This document shows, one piece after another, positions 15,991-25,672 of a stretch of 28,154 bases of DNA (its first letter is position 1; each line of letters starts with the position of its first letter). The DNA comes from Gammaproteobacteria bacterium. GTDB taxonomy: Bacteria > Pseudomonadota > Gammaproteobacteria > Francisellales > CACEW01. Under the pieces are notes generated by a model. That model searched no databases. It had not been told where the DNA came from and worked only from the letters and a program-made list of their open reading frames with translations. Both the position numbers and the translations under genes were made by a program. The stretch spans positions 1-28,154 of the forward strand of contig JBMDXV010000078.1 in the NCBI GenBank assembly GCA_048594525.1. The letters run 5' to 3'.

Positions 15991-16044
15991 ATGAAAGAGG
16001 AGGAAGCAAAAGTGGCACAGGCATTCAATGGAGGACAAAAATGA
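15991..16044 (+). CDS. 17-aa upstream ORF coupled to traD (MKEEEAKVAQAFNGGQK)
   Basis: Strong AGAGGAG SD ~7 nt upstream; its TGA overlaps the traD ATG (ATGA at 16041-16044). Confidence 0.4.
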   Translation: MKEEEAKVAQAFNGGQK

Positions 16045-18221
16045 AACCCATGCGTGACGAAGAAAAAGGACAGAATTTTATCCGGGGTTCGCATATTACG
16101 TTCCAGAACTTGGAGATGTTTTTTACGACTTTAAAGCAGATTGGGCTGTATGCGGTGTATTTGTTTTTAGGAATTGTCGTTTTGTATGTCTATTGGATGG
16201 TCTCTCGGCAAGACCTGTACTTTTTTTATAAGTATGAAGTCGCGCATTTGATGGTGAAGCTCACGGGCCTAAAAGGCACCACTTACATTGTGTATGACAA
16301 CGAGACCTATCTTATTTCCTATGCCGAAATGTTTCAGAATTCGGTTATTTTAGCTGCTGTCGCCGAGGTCTGGGCGAGTTTGATTGAAGGGGCCATTGTT
16401 GGGGGGCTTGCTGTTGTTCTGGTCACAGCAGGGGTGTCTGCCTGGTTTATCCGAACGGGAAGGAAACTTGGAGCAGCCAAGTTTGTGCGAGGGGCAAAGC
16501 TGGTCTCAAACGACCATTATATTCGCCTCGCGGCGAGCATTCCCTGTTCGGATATTCAGGTGCCTGCGGTGGTGGTGGATAAGCGGGTTGCAAAGCGGGA
16601 CTACCGTGGAGCGCGGGTCAAGCATTTGCCGCTGCCTTTATACTTTGAAGTCCAGCATATGCTAATCCATGGAACAATTGGCGCGGGGAAGAGCCAACTC
16701 ATTTTGGCGCTCTGCCGCCAGATCATCGCATCGAAGCGCCCCTCTAAGCGCATTATGGTGGATGTGGGTTGTAATCTCGTATCTGAACTCTATCGCCCGG
16801 GGGATCTCATTTTAAATCCCTTTGATCGGCGTTCAGTCTTTTGGGACATTTTTGAAGAGTTTCAGACGGATGTGGATTTTAGGATGTTCGCCTCCTACCT
16901 CATTCCAATGCCTGCGGGGATGAGTGACCCATTCTGGATTAATGCGCCAAGATCTATTTTAGCGAGTGTGGCCTATACCATGCAGGATGATCCTGAGCGG
17001 AGCGTGAAAGCGCTCCTGGACGTCCTCCTCCTCTCTGAGATTGCTGAACTCTGCGAATACTTGGATGAGTCTGAAGCAAAAAGCCTGGTTTCGGACAAAG
17101 TTCCGAAGACGACCTTATCGATTCGGGGGGTCATTGCGACCTACGTTTACTGTTTAAAATATCTCATAGGGATGGAAAGGTCTGATGAGAATGGGAGAGA
17201 ACAGCCTGCCTTTTCGATCAAGAATTGGATTCAGGACGAAAAGGCGACGGGAACCCTCTTTATTTGCTTGCCTGAAGACAAGCGGGAGGAGATGCGGGGT
17301 CTTGTGACCCTCTGGGTCTCCCGGGCGATTGATGCGCTTTTGGCCTTGGCACCGAGTCCTGACAGGCGGGTTTACTTTATCTGTGACGAAATTGGCGTTA
17401 TGAACAAGATCGATAAGTTTCAGACGGGAATGGGTCTTGGGCGGAAGTATGGGTTTTCGTTTATTTTAGGGATGCAGTCCTATAACCAGTTCGTGAAGAT
17501 TTATGGGGAAACTCAGGCGCGGGAGCTTTTGGATTTTATGAATACGAAGTTCTTTTTTAAGTCAAACGAAGAAACCACTGCGAAGTTTGTCTCAGCGAGC
17601 CTTGGGGAAGAAGAAGTGGAGACTGCGACTTTAAATCGGACGTATGGAGGGCATCACCGGGAGCGGCAGAACGTTTCGATGATTAACCAGGTTTCAACGA
17701 AGCCTGTTGTGACCTATAGCGAGATTTTGGAACTTAAAAACCTGGAATGCTACATGAAGGTGTCGGAGGGCTTGCCGATTACCAAGGTTCACTTAAAGCC
17801 GATTGGCTCTCAAGCCCTTTGCCCCGGCTTGGTTCCAAGAGTACTGGATGCTTACCAGCCGATGGAAGACCTGGTGAAGAATGTGAATGAGGAAGCACTG
17901 CACGCTTTGTCTAAGATTCGGGTTAAGAAAAAAACGGATTTGAAGAAGCGGGGACGCCCTAGCAAGAAATCAAATAATGACCCCGTTGATGCGGAGGGGT
18001 CAGAAATCATCTTTGATGAAAATGGTGAAATCATCGGTCGAGATGCGGGAAATAATGCTTCTCTTTCAACCCCACCTCAAGAGGTGACTTCACCCGAAGA
18101 AGGGAGTGACAGCGTCAGTAAGAACACAGAAAAAGCGCCCATAGGTAAAAAAGACAAAGTTTCTAAATACGACGAGGTGAATGATTTAGTCATACATGAT
18201 TATTTGGATGATAGGCAATAA
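16041..18221 (+). CDS. traD: Type IV coupling protein TraD
   Basis: GGAGG SD at 16030-16034, NFIRG N-terminal motif, two TM helices, Walker A HGTIGAGKS, DPFWINA, Walker B FICDE and LGMQS. Confidence 0.95.
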   Translation: MKPMRDEEKGQNFIRGSHITFQNLEMFFTTLKQIGLYAVYLFLGIVVLYVYWMVSRQDLYFFYKYEVAHLMVKLTGLKGTTYIVYDNETYLISYAEMFQNSVILAAVAEVWASLIEGAIVGGLAVVLVTAGVSAWFIRTGRKLGAAKFVRGAKLVSNDHYIRLAASIPCSDIQVPAVVVDKRVAKRDYRGARVKHLPLPLYFEVQHMLIHGTIGAGKSQLILALCRQIIASKRPSKRIMVDVGCNLVSELYRPGDLILNPFDRRSVFWDIFEEFQTDVDFRMFASYLIPMPAGMSDPFWINAPRSILASVAYTMQDDPERSVKALLDVLLLSEIAELCEYLDESEAKSLVSDKVPKTTLSIRGVIATYVYCLKYLIGMERSDENGREQPAFSIKNWIQDEKATGTLFICLPEDKREEMRGLVTLWVSRAIDALLALAPSPDRRVYFICDEIGVMNKIDKFQTGMGLGRKYGFSFILGMQSYNQFVKIYGETQARELLDFMNTKFFFKSNEETTAKFVSASLGEEEVETATLNRTYGGHHRERQNVSMINQVSTKPVVTYSEILELKNLECYMKVSEGLPITKVHLKPIGSQALCPGLVPRVLDAYQPMEDLVKNVNEEALHALSKIRVKKKTDLKKRGRPSKKSNNDPVDAEGSEIIFDENGEIIGRDAGNNASLSTPPQEVTSPEEGSDSVSKNTEKAPIGKKDKVSKYDEVNDLVIHDYLDDRQ

Positions 18222-18234
18222 GGAGGGCACCAGC

Positions 18235-21200
18235 ATGATGTCTTTTAGTAAAGTTAAGAGCGCAAAAGACGCCGACCATTATTTTATGGAGACGGATAAC
18301 TATTATTTAAAATCTGATGAATTTGCGGATCGCTTTCAGTGGTGGGGGAAGGGTGCACAAAAGCTGGGGCTTAACGGCAAAGTAATGGGCGAAGACTTTT
18401 TAAATGTTTTGGAAGGGAAATTACCGAATGGCGAGCAAATTTCAGCGGGTGTAAATGGGGTAAGACGGCCTGGCTTTGACCTTACCTTTTCTGCACCCAA
18501 GTCTGTTTCGATTCTTGCGCTGATTTACGGCAAGCACGAATTACTGGAGGCCCATCAAGAAGCGGTTAAAAAGGTATTAAAAGTGATTGAGCAAGAGGCT
18601 GCACAAGCACGAATCACAGGTAAAAATGGGACTGAAATAGAACAAACCGGAAATCTCATCGCAGCTTTATTTTTGCACGATACTTCACGAGAACTCGATG
18701 CCCAAGTCCACACCCATGCTGTGATTCCGAATGCCACGGAGAGGAGTGATGGAAAGTGGCGCGCCTTGGCTTCAAATTGTAACAAAGAGGGTTCCTTATC
18801 AAAAGGGTTTTATGAATATGTGCACGAAAACCAGATTTATCTCAGCACCATTTATCGCGCAACGCTTGCTGAAATTCTGACGAACCGACTTCACTATGAA
18901 ATTGAAATCTTGCCAGAGCATGAAGGGGGGAAGCATGGCATGTTTGAAATTAAAGGGTTTCCTCGTGAGTTAAAAAAAGCATTTTCAAAAAGGCGGGAGC
19001 AGATCAAAGCTTTGATGGAGCGAGAAGGCGCAATCTCTGCAAAAGGGCGGGACATTTTGACTTTGAATTCTCGGCGAGCAAAGCAGGCCATGGATCGCAC
19101 TGAATTGCATAAAATATGGGTGAAAGAAGTGAAGGAGCGAAAGCCTGACTTTGATCCGGATTCGCTGGTTAAAAAGCCTGGCGAAATCTCAGTTGAGACT
19201 GGCTCAGCTGAACCTTGGATGGCGAGCAAATCGGCTCAGAAAAATCAGCCCACCCTGCCCTCACGGGTTCAATCGGAAAATCCTGTGGCACGGCAAGCGG
19301 TGATTGAAGCGACTCAGCATTTTGCTGAAGCAAGATTGGTCTTTACATACAAAGACCTTGCGACTAAAGCGATGCAGTTTACCATGGGGCGCGCTTCATT
19401 TGAGGAGATTAACACGGCAATTCGTGCATTGCGGAAAGAACACTTTTTAGTGAGTCTGGGTGAGGACAGGATGAGTAGCCGGGACATCCTCGCGTACGAA
19501 AAGTCTCTTCTTTCAAAAGCAGAGTCTGCACGAGAGAAGGGCGTACCCACAAGCGTGAACAGCAAAGTGCTGGGAGAGATGAGGATTCCCTTCTATCAAA
19601 AAGAAATTGTGGAAACCCTCTTGGAGTCGAAGGAGGGAGTATCTGTAGTGAATATCGATTTATACAATAAACCTGAAGGTTTCATTGAAGCTTTACTCAA
19701 TACGGCTGAGCAAAGCGGTAAACGGGTTAAAGTATTGACTCCGACTAAACTATACACCAACGAACTCAGTCAAAAGATCCAGCGCCGCACTTTTAATGCC
19801 TGGCAGTGGGTGGTGAAGGTGTTTCATAAGCCTCAGGTGGCTGAAACGGTAAAGGGGTATTTATATCGGAATCAGGAGTCTGGCGGATTAAGCGGTTTTT
19901 TTAACAAGCCAGGCCGAGATATTTTGGTTGTTGATTCAGCGCATCGTTTGGGAAATCAGGATTTAGAGGGCTTGTTGGATGTCATTGAGTCTAAACAGGC
20001 TAAGGTCATTCTTCTCAATTCAGAGGGGGCATTAAAGGGCGCTGCGGCGGGGACACCGATTGCGCTTTTGCGTCGGGCGGGTATTCAAGAATATGCACTG
20101 GCTCAGGAGCGCCCCGAAAAACCCAAAGTCGCTATTACAGAGGTTTTGGATGATACAGCCCGGGCGCAAAGGATTGCTTCACACTATGCGGAGTTTGATG
20201 AAACCCTCCAGCGGGATACGCATGTGCTTGCGCATACACATAAGCAGGCGGATCTCTTGAATCAGGAAATTAGGAGGGCGCTTAAAAACAAGGGGAGCCT
20301 TTCTCATAATGAATACTCAATCTCTACGCTGACGCCTGTTTATCTCAGTGCGACTGAAAGACGATTTGCGAGCCAATATCTTAATAACATGGTCATCAAG
20401 CATTTTAAGAAAGGCGGAGTGGAAACCTATCTTGTGTTAAAACACATTGCGGAAGATAACACCGTTTTGCTGCTGAATGAACGTCAAGAAAAGGTGTATT
20501 GGAATCCTGCTACGGCGAGGTGGAAGACAGGAGTATATAAAAAGGGCGAGGTGGAGATTGCAGAAGGAGAGCGCTTAATTGCAACGGACACGATGCGGTA
20601 TCTTGGTTTTGAAAACGGTCATAAGTTAACTGTCAAAGCGCTCGGTAAAAAAAGCACAGAATTCTTGAATGAAAGCACAGGCGAAATTTTAAAGCTGAAC
20701 TACACTCAACTAAGGGATAGCTCAATTAAACATGCGTATGCGAGCACTGTTTTGGGGGCAGGGCGTGAGCAAAGAGGTCACGTCATTGCAGATATGAAGG
20801 GCTTTGCAGCGTCAAAGGAGATCTTAGACGAAGTAACCACACGTGCTGCAAAGTCCATCGACATCTTAACAGATCATGAAGAGCGTTTCATAGCGCAAGC
20901 ACAGCAAGTGGAAATCAAGCTGGATGCGAGCGCATCGCTGATGCTGGCCCTCAAGGAAGTGCCTCTTCTACAAAAGTTTATTCATGCGGATACGATTCGT
21001 GATTTTGAAAAGCATCTGACTGAAATAGCAGGAGGGCTTGCAGAAGCATTCAAAGGAATAGATAGTCGATCACTGGCTCAAAAGTCCATTGATTTTGTGG
21101 TGGGTCGGTTATCGGAGCGGGAGGCTGCTTTTGAGCATAAGGATCTCATTACAGAAGCGCTCATTTTTGCGACCACTGAGCTTGGCTTAAATGGGGGGGC

Positions 21201-24200
21201 AGCGGTGGGACTCTCTGACATTAAGGTAGAACTGGAGCGTTACCTTGCAGAAGGAAAGCTTCACGCTTCTCAAAATAAGACGCATTGGGTGACACAGGAG
21301 GCGCTCGAATGTGAGCGATCATTATTAAGGCTGACGGAAGAGGGGCGGGGGAAAGTACCAGCGCTTTTGTCGAAGGAAGAGGCCTGTACACATTTGAACG
21401 AGTCAGTATTAACAGAAGGCCAGCGGAATGCTGCCCATTTGATGCTGACGACAAAGGATCGCTTTATTATTATTCAGGGCGATCCTGGAACAGGTAAAAC
21501 GGCGCTGATTAAAAAAGTGAGAGAGATTCTTGAAGGTGTTCAGCCGGGTGTCACCCTTCGAGGGCTTGCGCCTACTTATCAGGCTGTAAAAGAATTAGAG
21601 GCGGTGGGTCTTCAGGCACAGACTTTAAAAAGCTTTTTAGTTGAGCACAGTGGTTTTGCAGAAAAAGCGCCTGAAGACATACCCGATTACAGCAAGACGG
21701 TGTTTATTCTGGATGAATATTCTATGGTCTCCAATCGGGATAGCCTGGAACTTACCGAGATTATTACAAAGACGGGGAGCCGAATGCCGAGTTTTGGAGA
21801 CATTAAGCAGTTCGGGTCGATTCCTGCGGGCAAACCCATGGAAGTTCAATTAAAAGCAGGGATTGCTTCCGTTAGGATGAGCGAATTGGTTCGTCAAAAA
21901 AATGAGGAGGCAAAGGACATTGCCAAGGCGGGGATTGCGGGGAATACAAAAGAGGTCTTTAGAGCGGCAGAAAAGGTGAATGCGGCGAATTATATTGAGC
22001 GCGATGAAAACGAGATGACCCCCGCTGAATTAGGGAGACTCACCGCCTCTGTGCATGAAGTTCAAAAGGGGTATTTTGGTCATGAAGACGACTTTAAATC
22101 AAATACGCTGCGCTTGAATGAGGCTACTGCGCGTGAATACCTTTTGAGGACGCCTGACATGCGGGCGAGATCTCCTATCATCGTGCAAACACATCAAGAT
22201 CGGCAGGATATTAATCGGGCGATTCGGGCAGGACTCAAACAAAGGGGAGAGCTTCCTGAAGTGGGGGGACTCATGCTAAAGCGTTTAATCCGAAACGATG
22301 TTTTAAAAACAGAGATTGAAGAGGCCATGAATGTGGGGGGATACATTCGTCTAGGGAGTCAATACTTTGAGGTGGTAGAGGTTGATCGGAAGAACAGGGC
22401 TTTTCTTTTACGGGGTGAGGATGGAAAAGTAACGGCTTTTGATACAAAGCGGGATTTACTAAGGTTTAAAGGGAACTATGAAGTCTTTCATTTACAGGAA
22501 GAAGAACTTGTGCCGGGAGATCTTGTTATGCTGCGGAAGAATGATCCCAAGAGAGGGCATAAAGCGAATATAGATCATGTCGTTAAAGCAATACAAGCGG
22601 GCAAAATTCAACTTGAAAGCACACGTGATCAATCAGAAGTGATTTTGGACAGTGCTTTATTAAAAGATGCGCATTGGGACTACGCTTATACGAAGACGAG
22701 TTATTCCATGCAGGGGGCGTCCACGTATTACCCTATCATTCACTTATCGTCCAAAGATGACAAGCTGGCGCATGTGCGAACGCTTTGTATTGTGACGACC
22801 CGACACAATCATCACTGCATGATTTTAACGGATAACAAGGCACGAGTGATTGAACGCTTTAGTCGCAAGCGTGACAAGTTTTCTGCGCTGGAGGTGATGG
22901 GAGAGCTTGAACCCAAAGAGGAGGCTAAAAAAGAGGCAGACCCTCTGCAAATCGGAGAGGGTGCTGAAGCTGTAAAGGTGCAAAAAGAGGAGCCGGGTCA
23001 TTCGGCCCATAAAACAATAGAGCATTTTGATGCCAAAGAAATTGAGATGCGGCTCAGTAATCAGGCTGAAATGATTGCGACGCATCTATTGGGTGAGCGC
23101 AATACCAAAGTGGGAACCGCTGGGGATTGGCGTTATGGGAAGAAGGGCAGTCTCAGCGTGAAGATGAGTGGAGATAAGCGGGGGAGTTGGCACAACTTTG
23201 AGACAGGGAAAGGAGGGCATCTTTTAGCGCTCATTCAAGAAGAATTGGGACTCGAGTTTAAGGAAGCCTTACGCTATGCAGCGAATCTCGTGGGGGGGTC
23301 GCATTTTGAAACCGTGAAGCGTGCTCTATCTCCTGAAAAAGTGGCTGATAAGAAAGCGTCGCAGGCGGACTGGAGACAAAAGCAAATCCAGCAACTTTTT
23401 AAAGAAGCGCGGCCTATTGAAGGGACATTGGCCGAGCGTTACCTGAAAGAGCACCGAGGGATTAGTGCGTTATCAGGCTTGAATCTCAGCTTTCATCCCA
23501 GGGTGTATTCGCATAAAGAAGAGAAAAATGGAAAGCATGTCTATCATCCTGCACTGGTGGGGTTTTGCATGGATGAAGAGGGTCACCCCTGCGGGGTTCA
23601 TGTGGTTTATTTGGATGAAAATGCAGGTAAGCGAACAGACTTGGCAGTTGCGAAGCGCTCGAGTGGAACAGTAGGGGGCTTTCCGGTTCGGGTGGGAGTA
23701 GGGAAGGCAGAAGACCGGATCAGCTTTATTGCTGAAGGGGTAGAGACGAGTGCCAGTATTCGGGAGAGTGTTCCTCACCATGATGTATGGGCTACGTTGT
23801 CGAAAGAAAACTTTGGGAAGTTGAATCCCGAGCGCTTGAGTCAAACCGTGGTGTTATGCGTTGATAATGATCAGGCTAACACGATCAAGCATGGGCAGGC
23901 TTTGGTCAAAGCGATTAATCGCTTAGAGCAGGCAAATAAAAGGGTTTTTATTGTGATGCCCAAAGAGGGGGATACTGACTTTAATGATGTTTTAAAGGAA
24001 AGGGGCCGGAATGGCGTTATTCAGGAAATGAACAACAAGTTATCAGGGGCGGCGTTTAAAGAACGCATGCTGCACTTTGAAGCAGAGAAGAAATTGATTG
24101 ATAAAGCATCCAGCCGGGAGATGAAAGAGAAGGCTTTAGACAAAATAGGTCAAAAAGCATTAAATGCCTTGATGAAGGCGTTTCAGAAAGAGAAGACTAA

Positions 24201-24273
24201 AGCAACTCCGGTACCTCGGAAAGAAATCCACTTACAAAAAGAGAAGGGGATGCATGATCGTGAAATCGGCTAA
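18235..24273 (+). CDS. traI: MOB-F relaxase/helicase TraI with C-terminal TOPRIM (primase-like) domain
   Basis: AAGGAGG SD; HYF..DNYY tyrosines, RRPGFDLTFSAPKSVS, HDTSR...HTH. A vestigial first helicase domain is followed by the active helicase IQGDPGTGKT/ILDEYSM. The C-terminus has AEG.ET, DND and DFND. Confidence 0.95.
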   Translation: MMSFSKVKSAKDADHYFMETDNYYLKSDEFADRFQWWGKGAQKLGLNGKVMGEDFLNVLEGKLPNGEQISAGVNGVRRPGFDLTFSAPKSVSILALIYGKHELLEAHQEAVKKVLKVIEQEAAQARITGKNGTEIEQTGNLIAALFLHDTSRELDAQVHTHAVIPNATERSDGKWRALASNCNKEGSLSKGFYEYVHENQIYLSTIYRATLAEILTNRLHYEIEILPEHEGGKHGMFEIKGFPRELKKAFSKRREQIKALMEREGAISAKGRDILTLNSRRAKQAMDRTELHKIWVKEVKERKPDFDPDSLVKKPGEISVETGSAEPWMASKSAQKNQPTLPSRVQSENPVARQAVIEATQHFAEARLVFTYKDLATKAMQFTMGRASFEEINTAIRALRKEHFLVSLGEDRMSSRDILAYEKSLLSKAESAREKGVPTSVNSKVLGEMRIPFYQKEIVETLLESKEGVSVVNIDLYNKPEGFIEALLNTAEQSGKRVKVLTPTKLYTNELSQKIQRRTFNAWQWVVKVFHKPQVAETVKGYLYRNQESGGLSGFFNKPGRDILVVDSAHRLGNQDLEGLLDVIESKQAKVILLNSEGALKGAAAGTPIALLRRAGIQEYALAQERPEKPKVAITEVLDDTARAQRIASHYAEFDETLQRDTHVLAHTHKQADLLNQEIRRALKNKGSLSHNEYSISTLTPVYLSATERRFASQYLNNMVIKHFKKGGVETYLVLKHIAEDNTVLLLNERQEKVYWNPATARWKTGVYKKGEVEIAEGERLIATDTMRYLGFENGHKLTVKALGKKSTEFLNESTGEILKLNYTQLRDSSIKHAYASTVLGAGREQRGHVIADMKGFAASKEILDEVTTRAAKSIDILTDHEERFIAQAQQVEIKLDASASLMLALKEVPLLQKFIHADTIRDFEKHLTEIAGGLAEAFKGIDSRSLAQKSIDFVVGRLSEREAAFEHKDLITEALIFATTELGLNGGAAVGLSDIKVELERYLAEGKLHASQNKTHWVTQEALECERSLLRLTEEGRGKVPALLSKEEACTHLNESVLTEGQRNAAHLMLTTKDRFIIIQGDPGTGKTALIKKVREILEGVQPGVTLRGLAPTYQAVKELEAVGLQAQTLKSFLVEHSGFAEKAPEDIPDYSKTVFILDEYSMVSNRDSLELTEIITKTGSRMPSFGDIKQFGSIPAGKPMEVQLKAGIASVRMSELVRQKNEEAKDIAKAGIAGNTKEVFRAAEKVNAANYIERDENEMTPAELGRLTASVHEVQKGYFGHEDDFKSNTLRLNEATAREYLLRTPDMRARSPIIVQTHQDRQDINRAIRAGLKQRGELPEVGGLMLKRLIRNDVLKTEIEEAMNVGGYIRLGSQYFEVVEVDRKNRAFLLRGEDGKVTAFDTKRDLLRFKGNYEVFHLQEEELVPGDLVMLRKNDPKRGHKANIDHVVKAIQAGKIQLESTRDQSEVILDSALLKDAHWDYAYTKTSYSMQGASTYYPIIHLSSKDDKLAHVRTLCIVTTRHNHHCMILTDNKARVIERFSRKRDKFSALEVMGELEPKEEAKKEADPLQIGEGAEAVKVQKEEPGHSAHKTIEHFDAKEIEMRLSNQAEMIATHLLGERNTKVGTAGDWRYGKKGSLSVKMSGDKRGSWHNFETGKGGHLLALIQEELGLEFKEALRYAANLVGGSHFETVKRALSPEKVADKKASQADWRQKQIQQLFKEARPIEGTLAERYLKEHRGISALSGLNLSFHPRVYSHKEEKNGKHVYHPALVGFCMDEEGHPCGVHVVYLDENAGKRTDLAVAKRSSGTVGGFPVRVGVGKAEDRISFIAEGVETSASIRESVPHHDVWATLSKENFGKLNPERLSQTVVLCVDNDQANTIKHGQALVKAINRLEQANKRVFIVMPKEGDTDFNDVLKERGRNGVIQEMNNKLSGAAFKERMLHFEAEKKLIDKASSREMKEKALDKIGQKALNALMKAFQKEKTKATPVPRKEIHLQKEKGMHDREIG

Positions 24274-24637
24274 GACCTTGGCCGCAATGCGGCAACGGAG
24301 ATTGGAAAGAGACCGAGAGTTTTTAGAGCCGCCCTGTCCGAAATGCGAGAAGCCTTTGATCAAAAAGCCAGGGCCTTATTGGGCGTGTAGTGGTTTTCCG
24401 TATTGCCTTCATACCATGCTGGATGAAGAGGGCTGCCCGGTTGAGCGAGAAAAGCCGCATCGCACCCATACGATTTGCCCGGAGTGTGGGCAGAGGCAGA
24501 TTTTACGGAGAAGAAAACAGGAAGGGAGAGGCTTTTATTACACCTGTTCATCCCGGATGTGTCGAGTCTGGTTTAAGGATGACCCGGGCGAGGTTGAAAT
24601 TCAAATTGTCACAAAGAAAAGGAGTGGTTTATCATGA
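24254..24637 (+). CDS. Stand-alone topoisomerase-type C4 zinc-ribbon protein (two ribbons)
   Basis: CPKC.KPL...YWACSGFPYC.HT and CPEC...GFYYTCS..MC; overlaps the traI stop. Confidence 0.78.
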   Translation: MIVKSAKTLAAMRQRRLERDREFLEPPCPKCEKPLIKKPGPYWACSGFPYCLHTMLDEEGCPVEREKPHRTHTICPECGQRQILRRRKQEGRGFYYTCSSRMCRVWFKDDPGEVEIQIVTKKRSGLS

Positions 24638-25668
24638 GTCATCTTATCGATGCTGTCGCTACGCGCGATAATACCGTCTATGTTGAAGGGCCGTGGGTCG
24701 TTGAGGTCAGCTTGGATGCTCGACATAAAGAGCAGATTTTGCGATGGCTTCAGCAGACTGTAGGCTTTCTTAAAACACATCTCAATCAACCGGCTGAATC
24801 CAGCTTGCTAATGTACCGCGAGGCAGGGAAGTCTGTATTGCGGCTTACATTTACAAACCGATTTTTAAGCGTTGATACGTTTCGAGAAATTACGCTTATC
24901 TTTTATGTAGCAGAACAATTTAATGTGGAGAAGGGCTACTTTGACAGCCATTATCACCGCAGAGATAAACCCATCATCAGTATAGACGTCATCGACAGCA
25001 TTGATGCCCTGCATCTTATTCGGCTCATTTTGCGTTACCTAGAGATGGATGCTGAAAGGATACTCTCGTCTGGAAGGAATATAGAAGCGCATGAAATCAA
25101 TAAGCCCCTAGTTGAGTTAAATCGAGAATCTATTCAATCTTATGCTTTGCGTTGCCCCTCTTGCGAGGAAATTATTCATACAGTGAAAGATAAGGAGGAC
25201 ATCCGTAACGCACTGGTGTTCCCCTATCGGCATGAAGGCATTAATTTGTACGCAGCCCTTCCCTTGCACCAGCAATTGAATGTGGAGCACTTCGCTTTCT
25301 GGAATAGTTTAAGCTGTGGCGGCTGCAAGGCAAAGCTAATTATTCTTCAGCTTGTTTTGAGTCAGCATTTCCAGGATATCTTTCTTGAGAATGAAAACTG
25401 CACTGCCTATGAAAAATATTTTGTATCAAAGCATATAGAAAACCCAGCGATCCGATGTGTCGAGCCAGAGCATTTCAGGCTCAAGCATCCGCTGATTGAT
25501 GGGGAGTGGGTATACAGCACATTTTATACTGATTATGGTTATATTCATGAGCATACCTTTGGACCTTTTGTAGTCCTTGTTGCGGAAAAGGATATACCCG
25601 AAGAGGCGAGTAAACTTGCCAAAGCGCTCATCCCGGTTATTTGGGCTGATCTTGTTGCCCAGGCGTAA
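24634..25668 (+). CDS. Hypothetical protein with two CxxC motifs (CPSC, CGGC)
   Basis: 344-aa ORF with ATGA overlap with the previous gene; no family recognised. Confidence 0.7.
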   Translation: MSHLIDAVATRDNTVYVEGPWVVEVSLDARHKEQILRWLQQTVGFLKTHLNQPAESSLLMYREAGKSVLRLTFTNRFLSVDTFREITLIFYVAEQFNVEKGYFDSHYHRRDKPIISIDVIDSIDALHLIRLILRYLEMDAERILSSGRNIEAHEINKPLVELNRESIQSYALRCPSCEEIIHTVKDKEDIRNALVFPYRHEGINLYAALPLHQQLNVEHFAFWNSLSCGGCKAKLIILQLVLSQHFQDIFLENENCTAYEKYFVSKHIENPAIRCVEPEHFRLKHPLIDGEWVYSTFYTDYGYIHEHTFGPFVVLVAEKDIPEEASKLAKALIPVIWADLVAQA

Positions 25669-25672
25669 GAAT

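Larger units (their letters stand above)
1998..24273 (+). mobile_element. F-type T4SS conjugation region (distal tra operon plus traD/traI) of a plasmid or ICE
   Basis: Canonical order traU-trbC-traN-traF-trbB-traH-traG...traD-traI. No replicon, integrase or element ends are visible in the window. Confidence 0.9.

Noticed and set aside
18555-23844. Several short overlapping ORFs within traI
   Set aside because: Shadow frames without motifs inside a strongly supported gene.
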